Shown piece by piece: positions 31,524 to 42,590 of a stretch of DNA of 62,316 nt. The DNA comes from Gemmatimonadota bacterium (GTDB taxonomy: Bacteria; 4572-55; J002). The stretch spans positions 1 through 62,316 of the forward strand of contig RFFQ01000075.1 in the NCBI GenBank assembly GCA_003697105.1, written 5' to 3'. Numbering within the stretch: position 1 is the first letter of the stretch; every line of letters begins with the position of its first letter. Below the pieces are notes generated by a model, which had not been told where the DNA came from, ran no database searches, and saw nothing but the letters and a program-made list of their open reading frames with translations. A program made the position numbers and the translations under genes.

Positions 31524-32433
31524 TCTTTTTAGGCTGGCGTTTCCAGCGATGATGCATCCAAAACCACTGTTCGGGATACTGCCGGATATAGCGTTCGATC
31601 ACTTGGGTAAACTGTTGCGTGATCTGGAACACGTCCTGCTCCCGGTTACCGCTGGGGGTGTATTCAATTTCGGGTTCGACATAAACGATGTGCCGGTTGT
31701 CCGCTTGGCGCACAATCAATACCGGCAAGATGGGCGCCTTCGTTTTCAAGCTCAAGGTTGCCGCGCCGGCTGGAGTTGCCGCCGGCAACCCTAAAAAGTT
31801 GACGAAAACCGTACTTTTACGAGAATCTTGGTCTGAGAGCAAGGCTAAAATTCGTCCGCGGCGCAACGCACGCATAAAATCCCGGATGGATTGGTGAGTT
31901 TGAATCACCTCACAACCATATTTAGTGCGCATCGCCGTAATCAAGGCATCCACTTTGCGGTTGTGCATCCGGTCTGCGACAACGGAAGCAGGTAGCCCAT
32001 GGGCGGCAGCAGAAGCGGCGAGCATTTCCCACGATCCAAAATGCCCGGTGACGACAATGACGCCGTGTCCGGCATTCACAGCGGCTTTCAATCGCTCCAG
32101 ATGGTCCCATTTTACTCGCTGGTGAAGTTCCGTCACGGACATTTCTGAGAGCAACGCAAATTCGATCATCGATTTGCAAAAATTTTGATAGGCACGTAAG
32201 CCGATCCGGTTGAGTTCTGCGGGGGATTTATCGCCCTCAAACACACGATTCAGGCTGAAGAGTACCCATTTCCGGCGGATGCGCAACACTGAGAATCCTA
32301 ACCAACCCAAAAAATCACCCCAACCGAGCGCCCATGTTCGCGGCACCCGGAAGAGTACAAACGAAGCCACGCGCACGGCAAGATATTCCACCTCGTGGCT
32401 GATTTTTTTAAGGTGTGGATTCTGGAACCCCAT
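31507..32433 (-). CDS. lpxL: Lipid A biosynthesis late acyltransferase (LpxL/HtrB family)
   Basis: GHFGSWE, LSDQD, FLG, PEQWFWMHHRWK. Confidence 0.85.
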   Translation of the reverse strand: MGFQNPHLKKISHEVEYLAVRVASFVLFRVPRTWALGWGDFLGWLGFSVLRIRRKWVLFSLNRVFEGDKSPAELNRIGLRAYQNFCKSMIEFALLSEMSVTELHQRVKWDHLERLKAAVNAGHGVIVVTGHFGSWEMLAASAAAHGLPASVVADRMHNRKVDALITAMRTKYGCEVIQTHQSIRDFMRALRRGRILALLSDQDSRKSTVFVNFLGLPAATPAGAATLSLKTKAPILPVLIVRQADNRHIVYVEPEIEYTPSGNREQDVFQITQQFTQVIERYIRQYPEQWFWMHHRWKRQPKKSEHEG

Positions 32434-32434
32434 G

Positions 32435-33436
32435 TTATGCCTGTGCTTGTGAAATCACAGCGGCAACCGCCACCGTGTTGACAATATCTTCGGTACTACA
32501 TCCGCGTGAAAGGTCGTTAAAAGACCGGTTCAAACCTTGTACAAAGGGTCCGATAGCTTCTGCTTTCCCAAATCGCTGGGTGATTTTGTAGGCGATATTT
32601 CCGGCATCCAAGTCTGGGAAGATCAGCACGTTCGCATGTCCGGCAACGGGGCTGCCGGGGGACTTCCGTTCGCCAATTGAGGGGATCACGGCGGCATCAA
32701 ATTGCAATTCACCATCGACATTAAGGTCGGGTCGCCGCGCGTGGATAAGTTGGGTTGCTTCGATCACTTTGTCCACATCCGGGTGCGTTGCACTGCCTTT
32801 GGTAGAGAAAGAGAGCATTGCTACATTGGGGTCTGTCCCGACGAGTGCTTTCCAATTGTCCGCTGTGGCAATGGCAATATCCGCCAATTGACTCGCATCC
32901 GGGTTGGGAACGAGGGCGGCATCCGCAAAAAAGTACGGTACGTGGTGCTCTCCCCTAAATTCCGGTAGAATCATCATAAAAAAGCTAGAAACGGTCTTAA
33001 AACCTTCTGCCACACCGACGCACTGAATGCCGGCACGCATCACATGCGCCGTGGTATTCGCCGCACCGGAAACCGCACCGTGAGCAATGCCGTTGCGCAC
33101 CATCATTGCCGCAAAAAAGACGGTATCTTTCATAACCTCTAATGCCTCTTTTCGGGTCATGCCTTTATGTTGCCGCAGTTGAACATATTCATCAACATAG
33201 GTTTCGTATGCCGCCGAGGTTACCGGTTCGACAATTTCGATACCATCAAGAGTAAATCCTAATGTTTTCGCCTGAGCATTCAGCTTATCTGGTTGGCCCA
33301 GTAAAATGATCTCTGCAATTTGCCCATCGGTGAGAATGCGCGCGGCACGGAGCGTACGCTCATCACTGCCTTCTGGCAGGGCGATCCGCATCCGGCGTGC
33401 TTTCGCTTTAGCTATAATATCGCTCATTAATGACAT
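32435..33436 (-). CDS. pta: Phosphate acetyltransferase
   Basis: IALPEG, SSFFMM, AMLSFSTKGS, DGELQFDAA, FPDLDAGNIAYK, NDLSRGC. ATG 33436 follows GGAGG. Confidence 0.95.
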   Translation of the reverse strand: MSLMSDIIAKAKARRMRIALPEGSDERTLRAARILTDGQIAEIILLGQPDKLNAQAKTLGFTLDGIEIVEPVTSAAYETYVDEYVQLRQHKGMTRKEALEVMKDTVFFAAMMVRNGIAHGAVSGAANTTAHVMRAGIQCVGVAEGFKTVSSFFMMILPEFRGEHHVPYFFADAALVPNPDASQLADIAIATADNWKALVGTDPNVAMLSFSTKGSATHPDVDKVIEATQLIHARRPDLNVDGELQFDAAVIPSIGERKSPGSPVAGHANVLIFPDLDAGNIAYKITQRFGKAEAIGPFVQGLNRSFNDLSRGCSTEDIVNTVAVAAVISQAQA

Positions 33437-33538
33437 TATGATGTGCCTCCATAAAAAAGGTAAAGTATAAATGTGAAACAGGAGCACAGCCCGAATGACT
33501 ATGCCCCTGTTCATACAGTAACGGGTAATGCTATTTTT

Positions 33539-36007
33539 TTAACGAATCAAGTCTGCTTTTTCAAGCTCATCAAGTGGGCTTTTGACCCTAAAGGTAAGGT
33601 GATCATCTTTCCGGTCTACAACAATGGTATCCCCGGCTTCAAAATCTCCTCTGAGCATCTCTTCTGAGAGCGGGTCTTCCAATTCTTTCTGGATAGCCCG
33701 CTTTAAGGGGCGGGCTCCAAAATTGGGGTCATATCCTTTTTCGACCAGCAATTCTTTGGCGGCATCGGTCAGTTCAATGATAATCTGCTTATCTGCAAGG
33801 CGCTCTCGCACTTCGATCATCAGAATATCAATAATTTTAATGATGTCCTGTTTCGAGAGGGCACGGAACACGATCACTTCATCAATACGGTTCAAAAATT
33901 CGGGGTTGAATGCCTTTTTGACCTCTTCTTGGACATTGGCTTTCATTTCGTTGTAGTAGGTTTCTTCATCATCCTGTTGGCGGGTATTAAATCCCATCAC
34001 GGCATCTTTTCCGATACGCCGGGCGCCAAGGTTGGAAGTCATAATCAACACCGTATTACGGAAATCGACCCGGCGACCAAAGTTATCGGTCAAGACCCCT
34101 TCATCGAGTACTTGGAGCAAAATGTTGAAAATATCCGGGTGGGCTTTTTCGATTTCGTCCAGCAGAACCACCGAATACGGTTTTCGTCGGATTTTCTCAG
34201 TCAGTTGTCCCCCTTCCTGATACCCCACATAGCCCGGAGGTGCGCCGATCAGGCGAGAGAGCGAGAATTTTTCCATATATTCGGACATATCGACTCGCAC
34301 GAGTGCATCTTTATCTTCAAACATAAATTCTGCCAGAGTTCGGGCAAGCTCGGTTTTCCCCACGCCCGTGGGACCTAAAAAGATGAAGGTTCCAATTGGG
34401 CGATTCGGGTCTTTTAGTCCGGCGCGTGCCCGGCGTAATGCTTGAGAGACCTTTTTGAGCGCGTCATCCTGACCCACCACCCGGCGTCGAAGTTCGGCTT
34501 CCATTTGGAGGAGTCGTTCGGATTCACTTTTTTCCAAACGATTCAGCGGGATACCGGTCATCATGGAAATCGTACGGCTGATGTCTTCCACGGTGACGGT
34601 GGGAATGTTGGTCAGGGTGGCTTCTCGCCATTTGGTACGTTCTTCTTCCAATTGCTTGCGCAGGGTTTTTTCCTGATCCCGGTAGCGTGCCGCAATTTCA
34701 AACTCCTGATTGGTCACCGCCGCGGCTTTTTCTCTCGAGATCTCTTGCAATTGCTCCTCCAAATGGCGCAAGTCGGGTGGTGTACTGGTATTATCCAGAC
34801 GGACTCGCGCGCCCGCTTCATCGATCACATCGATCGCTTTATCCGGCAAAAACCGGTCATTGATATAGCGGTCTGACATCTTTACGGCAGATTCAATTGA
34901 GTCCGGTGAAAATTGGACGCGGTGATGTTCTTCATATTTTTCTTTCAAACCGGTTAGGATCAAAATCGTCTCTTCTAGGTTGGGTGGATCGACAATAACG
35001 GATTGGAAACGGCGTTCCAAGGCGCCATCTTTTTCGATGTATTTCCGGTATTCATCCAACGTGGTTGCGCCGATACACTGCAATTCCCCGCGTGAAAGCG
35101 CCGGTTTGAGGATATTGGAGGCGTCTAGTGCGCCTTCGGCACCACCTGCACCCACCAAGGTGTGTAGCTCATCAATAAAAATAATAATATCTTTGTTTTG
35201 ACGAATTTCATTCATGATCGCTTTCAGCCGTTCTTCAAACTGGCCGCGATATTTCGTGCCGGCAACAATTCCGGGCAAGTCGATCACTAACAGGCGCTTA
35301 TCCATCAAAATTTCCGGGCAATTCCCACTGGCTATTTTCTGGGCTAAGCCTTCCGCAATGGCGGTCTTTCCGACGCCGGGCTCGCCAATGAGCACTGGAT
35401 TATTTTTTTTACGCCGGCTCAATATTTGGATAATCCGTTCGATCTCGCGTTCCCGACCGATCACAGGGTCAAGCTTGCCTTCCCGTGCCAATTCGGTCAA
35501 ATCTCGCGAAAAATGATCAAGAACCGGGGTTTTGCTTTTTTCACTTTCGGTTTCCGGATCGACGGGTTCCCCGTTCCCCAGTAATTTTAAGGTTTCTTCC
35601 CGAACATCCTCTAGGTCAATCCCCATCGAGATTAAGACCCGGGCGGCGACGCCTTCGCCTTCTCGAATCAAACCCAGTAGCAAATGTTCTGTACCCACAT
35701 AATTGTGCCCGAGATTTCGGGCTTCTTCTACGGCGAGTTGCAGGCTTTTTTTGGCGCGGGGGGTAAATGGAATTTCGCCAATCGTTAATGTACCACCACT
35801 CGAACCCACCATATCTTCAATAGATTGCCGGATAACATCCAAATCTACACCCAGTTGTGAGAGAATGGCGGCGGCAATACCTTTACCTTCCCGGACGAGC
35901 CCCAACAGCAGGTGTTCTGTGCCGATGTAGTCATGCTGAAGACGGGCGGCTTCTTCTCGGGCAAGTTGTAATACGCGCCGGGCGCGCTGGGTAAATCCAT
36001 CATACAT
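33539..36007 (-). CDS. clpC: ATP-dependent Clp protease ATP-binding subunit ClpC
   Basis: Two Clp-N repeats, [11 protein letters not shown] middle domain, GPTGVGKT, downstream of mcsB. Confidence 0.96.
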   Translation of the reverse strand: MYDGFTQRARRVLQLAREEAARLQHDYIGTEHLLLGLVREGKGIAAAILSQLGVDLDVIRQSIEDMVGSSGGTLTIGEIPFTPRAKKSLQLAVEEARNLGHNYVGTEHLLLGLIREGEGVAARVLISMGIDLEDVREETLKLLGNGEPVDPETESEKSKTPVLDHFSRDLTELAREGKLDPVIGREREIERIIQILSRRKKNNPVLIGEPGVGKTAIAEGLAQKIASGNCPEILMDKRLLVIDLPGIVAGTKYRGQFEERLKAIMNEIRQNKDIIIFIDELHTLVGAGGAEGALDASNILKPALSRGELQCIGATTLDEYRKYIEKDGALERRFQSVIVDPPNLEETILILTGLKEKYEEHHRVQFSPDSIESAVKMSDRYINDRFLPDKAIDVIDEAGARVRLDNTSTPPDLRHLEEQLQEISREKAAAVTNQEFEIAARYRDQEKTLRKQLEEERTKWREATLTNIPTVTVEDISRTISMMTGIPLNRLEKSESERLLQMEAELRRRVVGQDDALKKVSQALRRARAGLKDPNRPIGTFIFLGPTGVGKTELARTLAEFMFEDKDALVRVDMSEYMEKFSLSRLIGAPPGYVGYQEGGQLTEKIRRKPYSVVLLDEIEKAHPDIFNILLQVLDEGVLTDNFGRRVDFRNTVLIMTSNLGARRIGKDAVMGFNTRQQDDEETYYNEMKANVQEEVKKAFNPEFLNRIDEVIVFRALSKQDIIKIIDILMIEVRERLADKQIIIELTDAAKELLVEKGYDPNFGARPLKRAIQKELEDPLSEEMLRGDFEAGDTIVVDRKDDHLTFRVKSPLDELEKADLIR

Positions 36008-36062
36008 GCGTTATTTCCTCCGTGAGCGGGCCTATCTGAGGCCGGCTTTGAATGTGAAACAT

Positions 36063-37121
36063 CTAATTTTCACGGTCTAAATTTTCTCGAACTAATTTAG
36101 CGCGGATAACATCGCGCTCATCCACATTCAGTGGCTGTCCTTGCAACCGCTGTAGATGTGCCGGTTGGGCAAACACCAGCAATTCATTTAAGCGGGATGT
36201 ATCGGTCTCTTTAATCCAGTTTGAACTAATCCCCAACCGCACGAGGGAACATAGATTCATCATGTTATCCGAGTTAAGGATGTGTGCATACTTGAGCGTT
36301 CCATAAGCCCGCCAGATTTTATCCTCAATTTCATTCTTAGCTTCCTGAAAAACGCGGTCACGAGCGGCTTTTTCTTGTTCGATCAACTCTCGGGTGTATT
36401 TTTCCAACCGTTCTAGGGTTTCCAGTTCAGAAATACCTAGGGTTTGCTGATTCGATATCTGGAAAAAATTCCCTTTCACATCACTACCTTCACCGTACAA
36501 TCCACGCACCACAAATCCTTTTTTCGCAATTTTTTTGATGAGCGTATCGATTTCCCGGGTGATAAACAGCCCCGGTAAATGAATCAATACAGAGGCACGC
36601 ATCCCGGTGCCCACATTGGTTGGGCATGCGGTGAGATAGCCCCATTGGTCATGAAACGCATATTCCAGCCGGGATCCCAATTCATCATCTAATTGATTTA
36701 CTTTTTCGTAAGCTTCGTTCAGATTAAAACCGGAAGTGATGGCTTGGAGACGAAAATGGTCTTCTTCGTTGATCATCACGCTTAACGTTTCCCCGGGAGT
36801 CACCACCAAACCTCGATTGTGGTATAGCTCTACCATCTGGTTACTGATTAAGTGGCGTTCTGCCAGCACCCGCCGGTCTAGGGAATCCAATTCCCCTAAA
36901 TCCAAAATCAGAGCATCCTTCAACAGTTGGGTTTCGTGCGCCGCCTCTTTTGCTTGTAGAAAGACGGTGCGCAGTTCGTCATCATTTGCCCGATGGGAAA
37001 ACGGAATTTTTTTCAGATTTCGAGCCAGCCGAATCCGGCTGCTATAGACAATATCCGAAAATGGACCGGAGGCGTCCAGCCACTGGCTTGGATGTTGAAT
37101 CATTTCGGTAAAGGTCAGCAT
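36063..37121 (-). CDS. mcsB: Protein arginine kinase McsB
   Basis: SSRIRLARN, NEEDH, CPTNVGTGMRAS, VRGLYGEGS, FQISNQ. Confidence 0.95.
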   Translation of the reverse strand: MLTFTEMIQHPSQWLDASGPFSDIVYSSRIRLARNLKKIPFSHRANDDELRTVFLQAKEAAHETQLLKDALILDLGELDSLDRRVLAERHLISNQMVELYHNRGLVVTPGETLSVMINEEDHFRLQAITSGFNLNEAYEKVNQLDDELGSRLEYAFHDQWGYLTACPTNVGTGMRASVLIHLPGLFITREIDTLIKKIAKKGFVVRGLYGEGSDVKGNFFQISNQQTLGISELETLERLEKYTRELIEQEKAARDRVFQEAKNEIEDKIWRAYGTLKYAHILNSDNMMNLCSLVRLGISSNWIKETDTSRLNELLVFAQPAHLQRLQGQPLNVDERDVIRAKLVRENLDREN

Positions 37122-37139
37122 GAAATCACTCCTCTTTCC

Positions 37140-37442
37140 TCAAGCCGCCATTTTGGCTTCAATCTCGGTGATTTCATCACGGAGACGGGCGGCATCTTCA
37201 AACCGTTCTTCTGCCACGGCTCGCTCCAAATCTCGGCGAAGTTGGGCAACCCGCCGCACATTCTGCATCTGCTTGGAGTCTGTATGAGGTGTTTTCCCTT
37301 TGTGCTGTAAACTCCCCTGAATGTTGCTAATCAGGGTTAGAATTTCAGCCGAAAAGGTTTCATAACATTCGGAGCAGCCAAAGCGTCCCCGCTTCCGAAA
37401 ATCTTCGTATGTGCTTTTACATACGGGACATGTTTTTTTCAT
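37140..37442 (-). CDS. mcsA: McsA-like activator, N-terminally shortened (two CxxC plus UVR)
   Basis: CPVC, GCSECY, HKGKTP, ERFEDAARLRD. Likely start ATG 37442 (track start 37493), overlapping the lolD 3' end. Confidence 0.8.
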   Translation of the reverse strand: MKKTCPVCKSTYEDFRKRGRFGCSECYETFSAEILTLISNIQGSLQHKGKTPHTDSKQMQNVRRVAQLRRDLERAVAEERFEDAARLRDEITEIEAKMAA

Positions 37443-38160
37443 GAGTTTTGGTGCTGATTGTATTGTAGGTTTCACGAACAATTTGTCCATCAATGAGTTC
37501 TACGGTGCGATCTGCCCGCTCTGCCAAGCGAGGGTCATGCGTCACAATAATGAACGACCGCAAATCCGTACGACTTAAATCCCACAGCAAATCATGCAAT
37601 GCTTGGCTGGTATGTTGATCCAAATTTCCTGACGGTTCATCTGCCAGTACTAATTGCGGGTCATTAACCAGGGCACGTGCCACGGCGACGCGCTGTTGTT
37701 CACCGCCGGACAGTTCATTGGGACGGTGATCTTCCCGTTGCGACAGCCCTACTCGATTAAGCAAAGCCTTTGCCTGTTTTTTCAAATGGGTCCGTTCTCG
37801 CCGGGCGATCAGCCCTGGCATCATGACGTTTTCTAGGGCGCTGAACTCCGGCAACAAATGGTGGAATTGAAACACAAAACCGATATGCTGATTTCGGATT
37901 TGTGCCAATTGCAGGTCTGACAGTTGGAAGATGGGTTGTCCTGCCAGAATGACACGCCCTCTGTCAGGACGGTCAAGTGCCCCTAAAATATGCAACAAAG
38001 TGCTTTTTCCGGCACCGGACGGTCCAATGACCGCTAAAATTTCGCCTTTGGTAACGGTCAAGTCAATGCCTTTGAGAACATTCAATTGACGAGAACCTAC
38101 CGTATAGCTTTTACAAATATCCGTTGCCTGCAAGGCGTAATTATCTGATATTTCAGCCAC
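37417..38160 (-). CDS. lolD: Lipoprotein-releasing ABC transporter ATP-binding protein
   Basis: GPSGAGKST, GFVFQFHHLL, LSGGEQQR, ADEPSGNLD. Confidence 0.92.
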   Translation of the reverse strand: MAEISDNYALQATDICKSYTVGSRQLNVLKGIDLTVTKGEILAVIGPSGAGKSTLLHILGALDRPDRGRVILAGQPIFQLSDLQLAQIRNQHIGFVFQFHHLLPEFSALENVMMPGLIARRERTHLKKQAKALLNRVGLSQREDHRPNELSGGEQQRVAVARALVNDPQLVLADEPSGNLDQHTSQALHDLLWDLSRTDLRSFIIVTHDPRLAERADRTVELIDGQIVRETYNTISTKTHEKNMSRM

Positions 38161-38163
38161 TAA

Positions 38164-39420
38164 TTATAACCAATCATGTCGAATGGCATCTACCGGAACG
38201 AGCCGCGCCGCTCGCCACGCGGGATATAACGCGGCTAAAAACGTAATCAACACGGCAAATACAATGGTCCACACAACGTCCAACAGCCGCATTTCGATGG
38301 GTAACTGTTGGATAAAATCCAGTGTTTGGGGTACCGGTAAATGCGAGGTTTCAATGTAGAAGCAAACGCTATACCCAATAAGAGTGCCAATGAGGACCCC
38401 TAAGCCACCAATGACAAACCCTTCCAATAGAAAAATGGAGAGGATATTTTTGGCAGTTGCTCCCATCGATTTCAAAACGCCGATCTCTTTGGTTTTTTCC
38501 ATGACCACCATCATGAGGGTACTGACAATATTAAACGCCGCCACGAGAATAATCAATGTCAAAATCAAAAACATGGCGATCTTTTCGATTTTCATTGCGG
38601 CAAACAGATTTTTATTGGATTCCATCCAGGTACGAACCTCAACCCCCGGAAGGTCACTGCGCAAGGTAGCCATCAGTTGCTTTCGGATCATATCGACTTG
38701 ATAAATTTGAGCTGTCCGGCATTCAATTGTCGAAAATTGATTTTTCAGATTGAAAAGACGTTGCGCTTCGGTGCGTGGAATATAAGCATAACTATGATTA
38801 TACTCAAAATAGCCGATGTCAAAAACCCCGACTAACCGAAATTTCATCATTTTGGGGGTAATGATCGCCCGGGACGTGGAAAGTCCTTTCGGTGAAGCCA
38901 GCACAATCACATCCCCTAGAATCACTCCCAGCCGGTTCGCGAGTTCTTTACCCAGAACAATCCCCGGATAGGGTGTGGTTTCGGTGTCAATGTCCGGGTA
39001 AAACTGGGTACTGCCCCGAACAAGGATCGGCGCCAGCGTTTGGGCGAAATAGCCTTGCGGGTCAATACCCTGCACCTGAATTCCATCGATTGCCTGCTGG
39101 TGGATGATCATCGCTTTACCTTTTACAACAGGCTCCGCGGTCTCGATCAAAGGTTGTTGTTTCACATGCTCCAGAAACGCCTCATCCAGAGTCAGCGGAG
39201 CACCCTCTACCGAACGAATGGTTAGATGAGAACTTAATCCTAAAATTTTATCCCGCAGGTCGCTTTCAAAGCCGTTCATCACCGCCAGCACGATGATCAA
39301 CGCCATGACCCCCACGGCGACACCACCAATGGAAATCACGGTGATGATCGAGACAAACTTAGTCTTTCGTTTGGAACGAAGGTATCGTGCCGCAATATGC
39401 CATTCAAAGGAAGTGGTCAT
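38164..39420 (-). CDS. lolE: Lipoprotein-releasing ABC transporter permease (LolC/E)
   Basis: IAARYLR, AVMNGF, AAFNI, KTKEIGVLKSMGA, LYPAWRAA. ATG 39420 overlaps the upstream TGA (ATGA). Confidence 0.9.
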   Translation of the reverse strand: MTTSFEWHIAARYLRSKRKTKFVSIITVISIGGVAVGVMALIIVLAVMNGFESDLRDKILGLSSHLTIRSVEGAPLTLDEAFLEHVKQQPLIETAEPVVKGKAMIIHQQAIDGIQVQGIDPQGYFAQTLAPILVRGSTQFYPDIDTETTPYPGIVLGKELANRLGVILGDVIVLASPKGLSTSRAIITPKMMKFRLVGVFDIGYFEYNHSYAYIPRTEAQRLFNLKNQFSTIECRTAQIYQVDMIRKQLMATLRSDLPGVEVRTWMESNKNLFAAMKIEKIAMFLILTLIILVAAFNIVSTLMMVVMEKTKEIGVLKSMGATAKNILSIFLLEGFVIGGLGVLIGTLIGYSVCFYIETSHLPVPQTLDFIQQLPIEMRLLDVVWTIVFAVLITFLAALYPAWRAARLVPVDAIRHDWL

Positions 39421-40487
39421 TCCGCCCAACGCAAAATAATGAGACCGTAGTACCAATCGGTAATGTAAATGAGATTATTTTCACCGATAGTCACCCCACT
39501 CACAAACCCGCTGGATTGATACTCAAAGGAGGCAATAATCGTCGGTTCGGTTGGATCCGAGACATCAATCGCCCGCAAGCCCGACCCCCCGTCAGCCAAA
39601 TAAACAATATTTTCTTTGACAACCAGAGAACGTGCTGAACCGGAGGTATTAATACTCCCCACGATTTTATTTTGGGTCAGATCAATCACTTGCAAGCCCA
39701 TAGGACCATCTGCCAAATAGGCATAATTTCCTTCCACAACAACATCTTCGCTTTCGCCCGGCGTATCAATATGATGCTGATAAACCCGATTATCAATATC
39801 GGTTATATCAATGAGTTCCAAGCCGGCATGGTCTCCTGCCACATAAACATAATTATTCGCCACATCCACCCCTAAGGCGTAACCCTGCGTCCGGGTAGCA
39901 CTTTCCAATTGATTGCTTGTCAACCATTGCTCTGTGCCAAAAAAGTCAATACGATACAGATACCCAACCCGCACCCCTAATGAGCGGTACGCAAATGCCA
40001 TAAAAACCGAATCATTACTGACACGGGTCATGGAAAAGTCATTGATGGTCACTCCACTACCGGTAAAGGGCTGGAAATACTGAAACGTATCACGAATTGA
40101 ATGGCGATTGGGAATTGGATACGTGTAAAAGGCTTCTGAACCATCATTGATCACAACGAGGTCAAATGTGTCCATCTCAGCAACCGCAACTGCGGTAGAT
40201 TGAAATTTAATGGTGTGATCGGCCGGTCTTTTCAGATTGGCAGGCTGTGGTTGGGTCGGGTCTGTAATGTCCAGAATTTGTAAGCCCAACTGTCCAGAAG
40301 CGATATAAGCCCGGTCGGCGGTGACTTCTACATCATAGGGGCGTCCTTCCACGGCATATTGCCCTACAACTTCAAAATGAGAGGTGGGGACAGGTTCTGT
40401 GCCGGTGACATCATCCCGACGCCCACAACCGGAGATGAGGGCACTAATCATTGTAAACCCTAGTAAAAAAAAAGCGAATTTTTCCAT
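39417..40487 (-). CDS. Lipoprotein with LVIVD beta-propeller repeats
   Basis: Lipobox ISGC; repeated YAYLADGxxGLxVIDV-type units. Confidence 0.85.
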   Translation of the reverse strand: MEKFAFFLLGFTMISALISGCGRRDDVTGTEPVPTSHFEVVGQYAVEGRPYDVEVTADRAYIASGQLGLQILDITDPTQPQPANLKRPADHTIKFQSTAVAVAEMDTFDLVVINDGSEAFYTYPIPNRHSIRDTFQYFQPFTGSGVTINDFSMTRVSNDSVFMAFAYRSLGVRVGYLYRIDFFGTEQWLTSNQLESATRTQGYALGVDVANNYVYVAGDHAGLELIDITDIDNRVYQHHIDTPGESEDVVVEGNYAYLADGPMGLQVIDLTQNKIVGSINTSGSARSLVVKENIVYLADGGSGLRAIDVSDPTEPTIIASFEYQSSGFVSGVTIGENNLIYITDWYYGLIILRWAE

Positions 40488-41579
40488 TTAGTTTTTCCTT
40501 AAAATCGTCGTGTCGTAATCAAAGTTTAGGCTTAAACTGAAGATATGTTTTTGATAATTCTTGACATCGGTGATATCCGATTTAGCGGCAGAATCTACAT
40601 CTCGTTTATCAAATTCATAACCGAACACAACCGTCCAGCGTTTGAAAAAAGTATTTGCGGATTTCACAATAAATTCATGACCGGTATCTTCCCGTTCAAA
40701 ATGGAAGGAATCCCTTTTATTTTCAGTAGTATACTCCCGAAAACGGTAGGAATACTCCGTTGAAAACTGCCACGGGAACTGCCCAATACGAAACCCCTTG
40801 ATCCCTAGACGAAATATATTTTGATCGTATGAAATATCCCCGTCATCAGAAGTTCGATAATCTTCGCCGGGTTCGTCAATCGCATCGGCGATCTGTTGTT
40901 TAAACTCATAACCGGCCATGATACGCGCCTGACGGTTGATCGGTCGTGTCACTTTGAACAGAAACGAATCGGCTTCGTTGTCGTATTCTTCAAAGTAACG
41001 ATTATAATCGGTGATTTCGTATTCATAACCGATTTCAAAATCCGTGCGATTCCAATCCAAATTGAATTTAACAGAAAATAACTGGTTTTCAAAATCACAG
41101 GGTTCATAATTTCCCGTATCGGCGTCGTAAATGTGCCGGATGTGGTACTGCGGTAGATAAAAATAACCCAACTGGATATAGCCTAGAGGGTGGTAATACT
41201 GACGCAGATGAAATGCCGCACTGTAATAACTTTTTTGTGTGTTGATGGCATAATTACGCTGGCGTAGATTGATCCGCAACCGGGAGAGGTTATCGGCATT
41301 CCACCGGTAGTACACATATCCTTTCATGGATTGGGTGTAAATCAAGTCATCATACGTTGTAATTGCCGCAAATTGGCTAGCATTTTGCCGTTTGACAAAG
41401 GCATCCAAATCATCGGGAGAATATAAGAAAACGTTGCTATCATAGGTGATGTTCAATTCCGGCGAAAAGGTAAACCACAGTTCACGCGGTTTTTTCTTCG
41501 CTTCAACATCCGTTACAAACCCCAGCAAAAAGAAGCCTACGATTAAGTTTAATATGAGCACGCGGATATAATTATTCAC
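40488..41579 (-). CDS. Hypothetical outer-membrane beta-barrel protein
   Basis: Signal peptide, YDSNV start, Tyr/Phe-rich amphipathic strands. Confidence 0.7.
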   Translation of the reverse strand: MNNYIRVLILNLIVGFFLLGFVTDVEAKKKPRELWFTFSPELNITYDSNVFLYSPDDLDAFVKRQNASQFAAITTYDDLIYTQSMKGYVYYRWNADNLSRLRINLRQRNYAINTQKSYYSAAFHLRQYYHPLGYIQLGYFYLPQYHIRHIYDADTGNYEPCDFENQLFSVKFNLDWNRTDFEIGYEYEITDYNRYFEEYDNEADSFLFKVTRPINRQARIMAGYEFKQQIADAIDEPGEDYRTSDDGDISYDQNIFRLGIKGFRIGQFPWQFSTEYSYRFREYTTENKRDSFHFEREDTGHEFIVKSANTFFKRWTVVFGYEFDKRDVDSAAKSDITDVKNYQKHIFSLSLNFDYDTTILRKN

Positions 41580-42480
41580 CGTTTCGATCTCCGTTTTTCA
41601 CATCATCTTGAGGAATAAAAAAGCGGAAGAGTACGGAAAAATCGGATTCCATGACCCGAAATTCATAGGTATGCTTCCCTTTGGGCACTTCTAAGAAGAA
41701 GGATTCACCTTTTGCAGGCACTTTATCCGTTTTGTTAGCGTATTTGGTCACCTCCGATTTAGTGGCATTGACCTGTACGGTACGAACAACATCCCCGTTT
41801 TCGACCACTTGCACCCGATACGTTTTGTCACCTTTCATTCGGGGTTCAAATTCTAACCGGGAGAGCACCTTGATTTTGGTTGGACCATACACCTCAAGGG
41901 TTACAGGTTTGCCGGCAGCCGCGCGATAGTAGTTGAGTTCTTTTTCGCGGTAGTGGAGGGGAACCACCGCATCATAGGTCGTGGGTGTGAGCGGAACGCG
42001 CGAAACCTTCTTCTTCTTTTTCACGGGTTTGGTAAAAAAGCGGACGTAAACCGTGTTACCTTCATCAACAGAAAACGTGTAGGTATGCTTGCCAGACGGA
42101 ACCCGGAGTGTCCAATTTCGCCCGATGCCGACTCGCGCCGATTTTTTGCGGCTTAAATGAGCCTCTTTAGAAACGGATGTAGAGAAGGTTTTATCGAGTG
42201 TTTTATCCCCATCTCGCAGCAGATGGACGGTGTATTCATCGTTTTTCGAGCTAACATCAGCCTCAGAGAGGCGGCTCAAAACACGCAGTTGTTTCGGTCC
42301 CGTCACTTCAATGGTCAATGGGTTGCCGGGTGATAGCCGGTAGTAGGTCTTTTTCTTGCCTGAAACCGTAATATGAACCTCCTCAGCATCCGTTTTTGGC
42401 GAGAAGATATTCCACCCTTTTGCTTCGGCAATTTCACCGATCAGCAAAAATGCGCACGCGAAGATCAGAATGTTCTTCAA
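41572..42480 (-). CDS. Secreted basic hypothetical protein with two tandem beta-domains
   Basis: TTG 42480 follows AAGGAG. Internal repeat YYRL..GNPLTIEVTGPKQLRVLSRL...VPSGKHTY versus YYRA..GKPVTLEVYGPTKIKVLSRL...VPKGKHTY. Confidence 0.75.
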   Translation of the reverse strand: MKNILIFACAFLLIGEIAEAKGWNIFSPKTDAEEVHITVSGKKKTYYRLSPGNPLTIEVTGPKQLRVLSRLSEADVSSKNDEYTVHLLRDGDKTLDKTFSTSVSKEAHLSRKKSARVGIGRNWTLRVPSGKHTYTFSVDEGNTVYVRFFTKPVKKKKKVSRVPLTPTTYDAVVPLHYREKELNYYRAAAGKPVTLEVYGPTKIKVLSRLEFEPRMKGDKTYRVQVVENGDVVRTVQVNATKSEVTKYANKTDKVPAKGESFFLEVPKGKHTYEFRVMESDFSVLFRFFIPQDDVKNGDRNGE

Positions 42481-42590
42481 TTTTATACTCCTTAAATTGA
42501 AAAATGGTAAGGTAGGGGTGTGGGGAGGGGACTCTCGCAGCGCAAAAAATCTAATAAAGCCCTGAATTTTTGGCAAGTATAAAATCGGGC

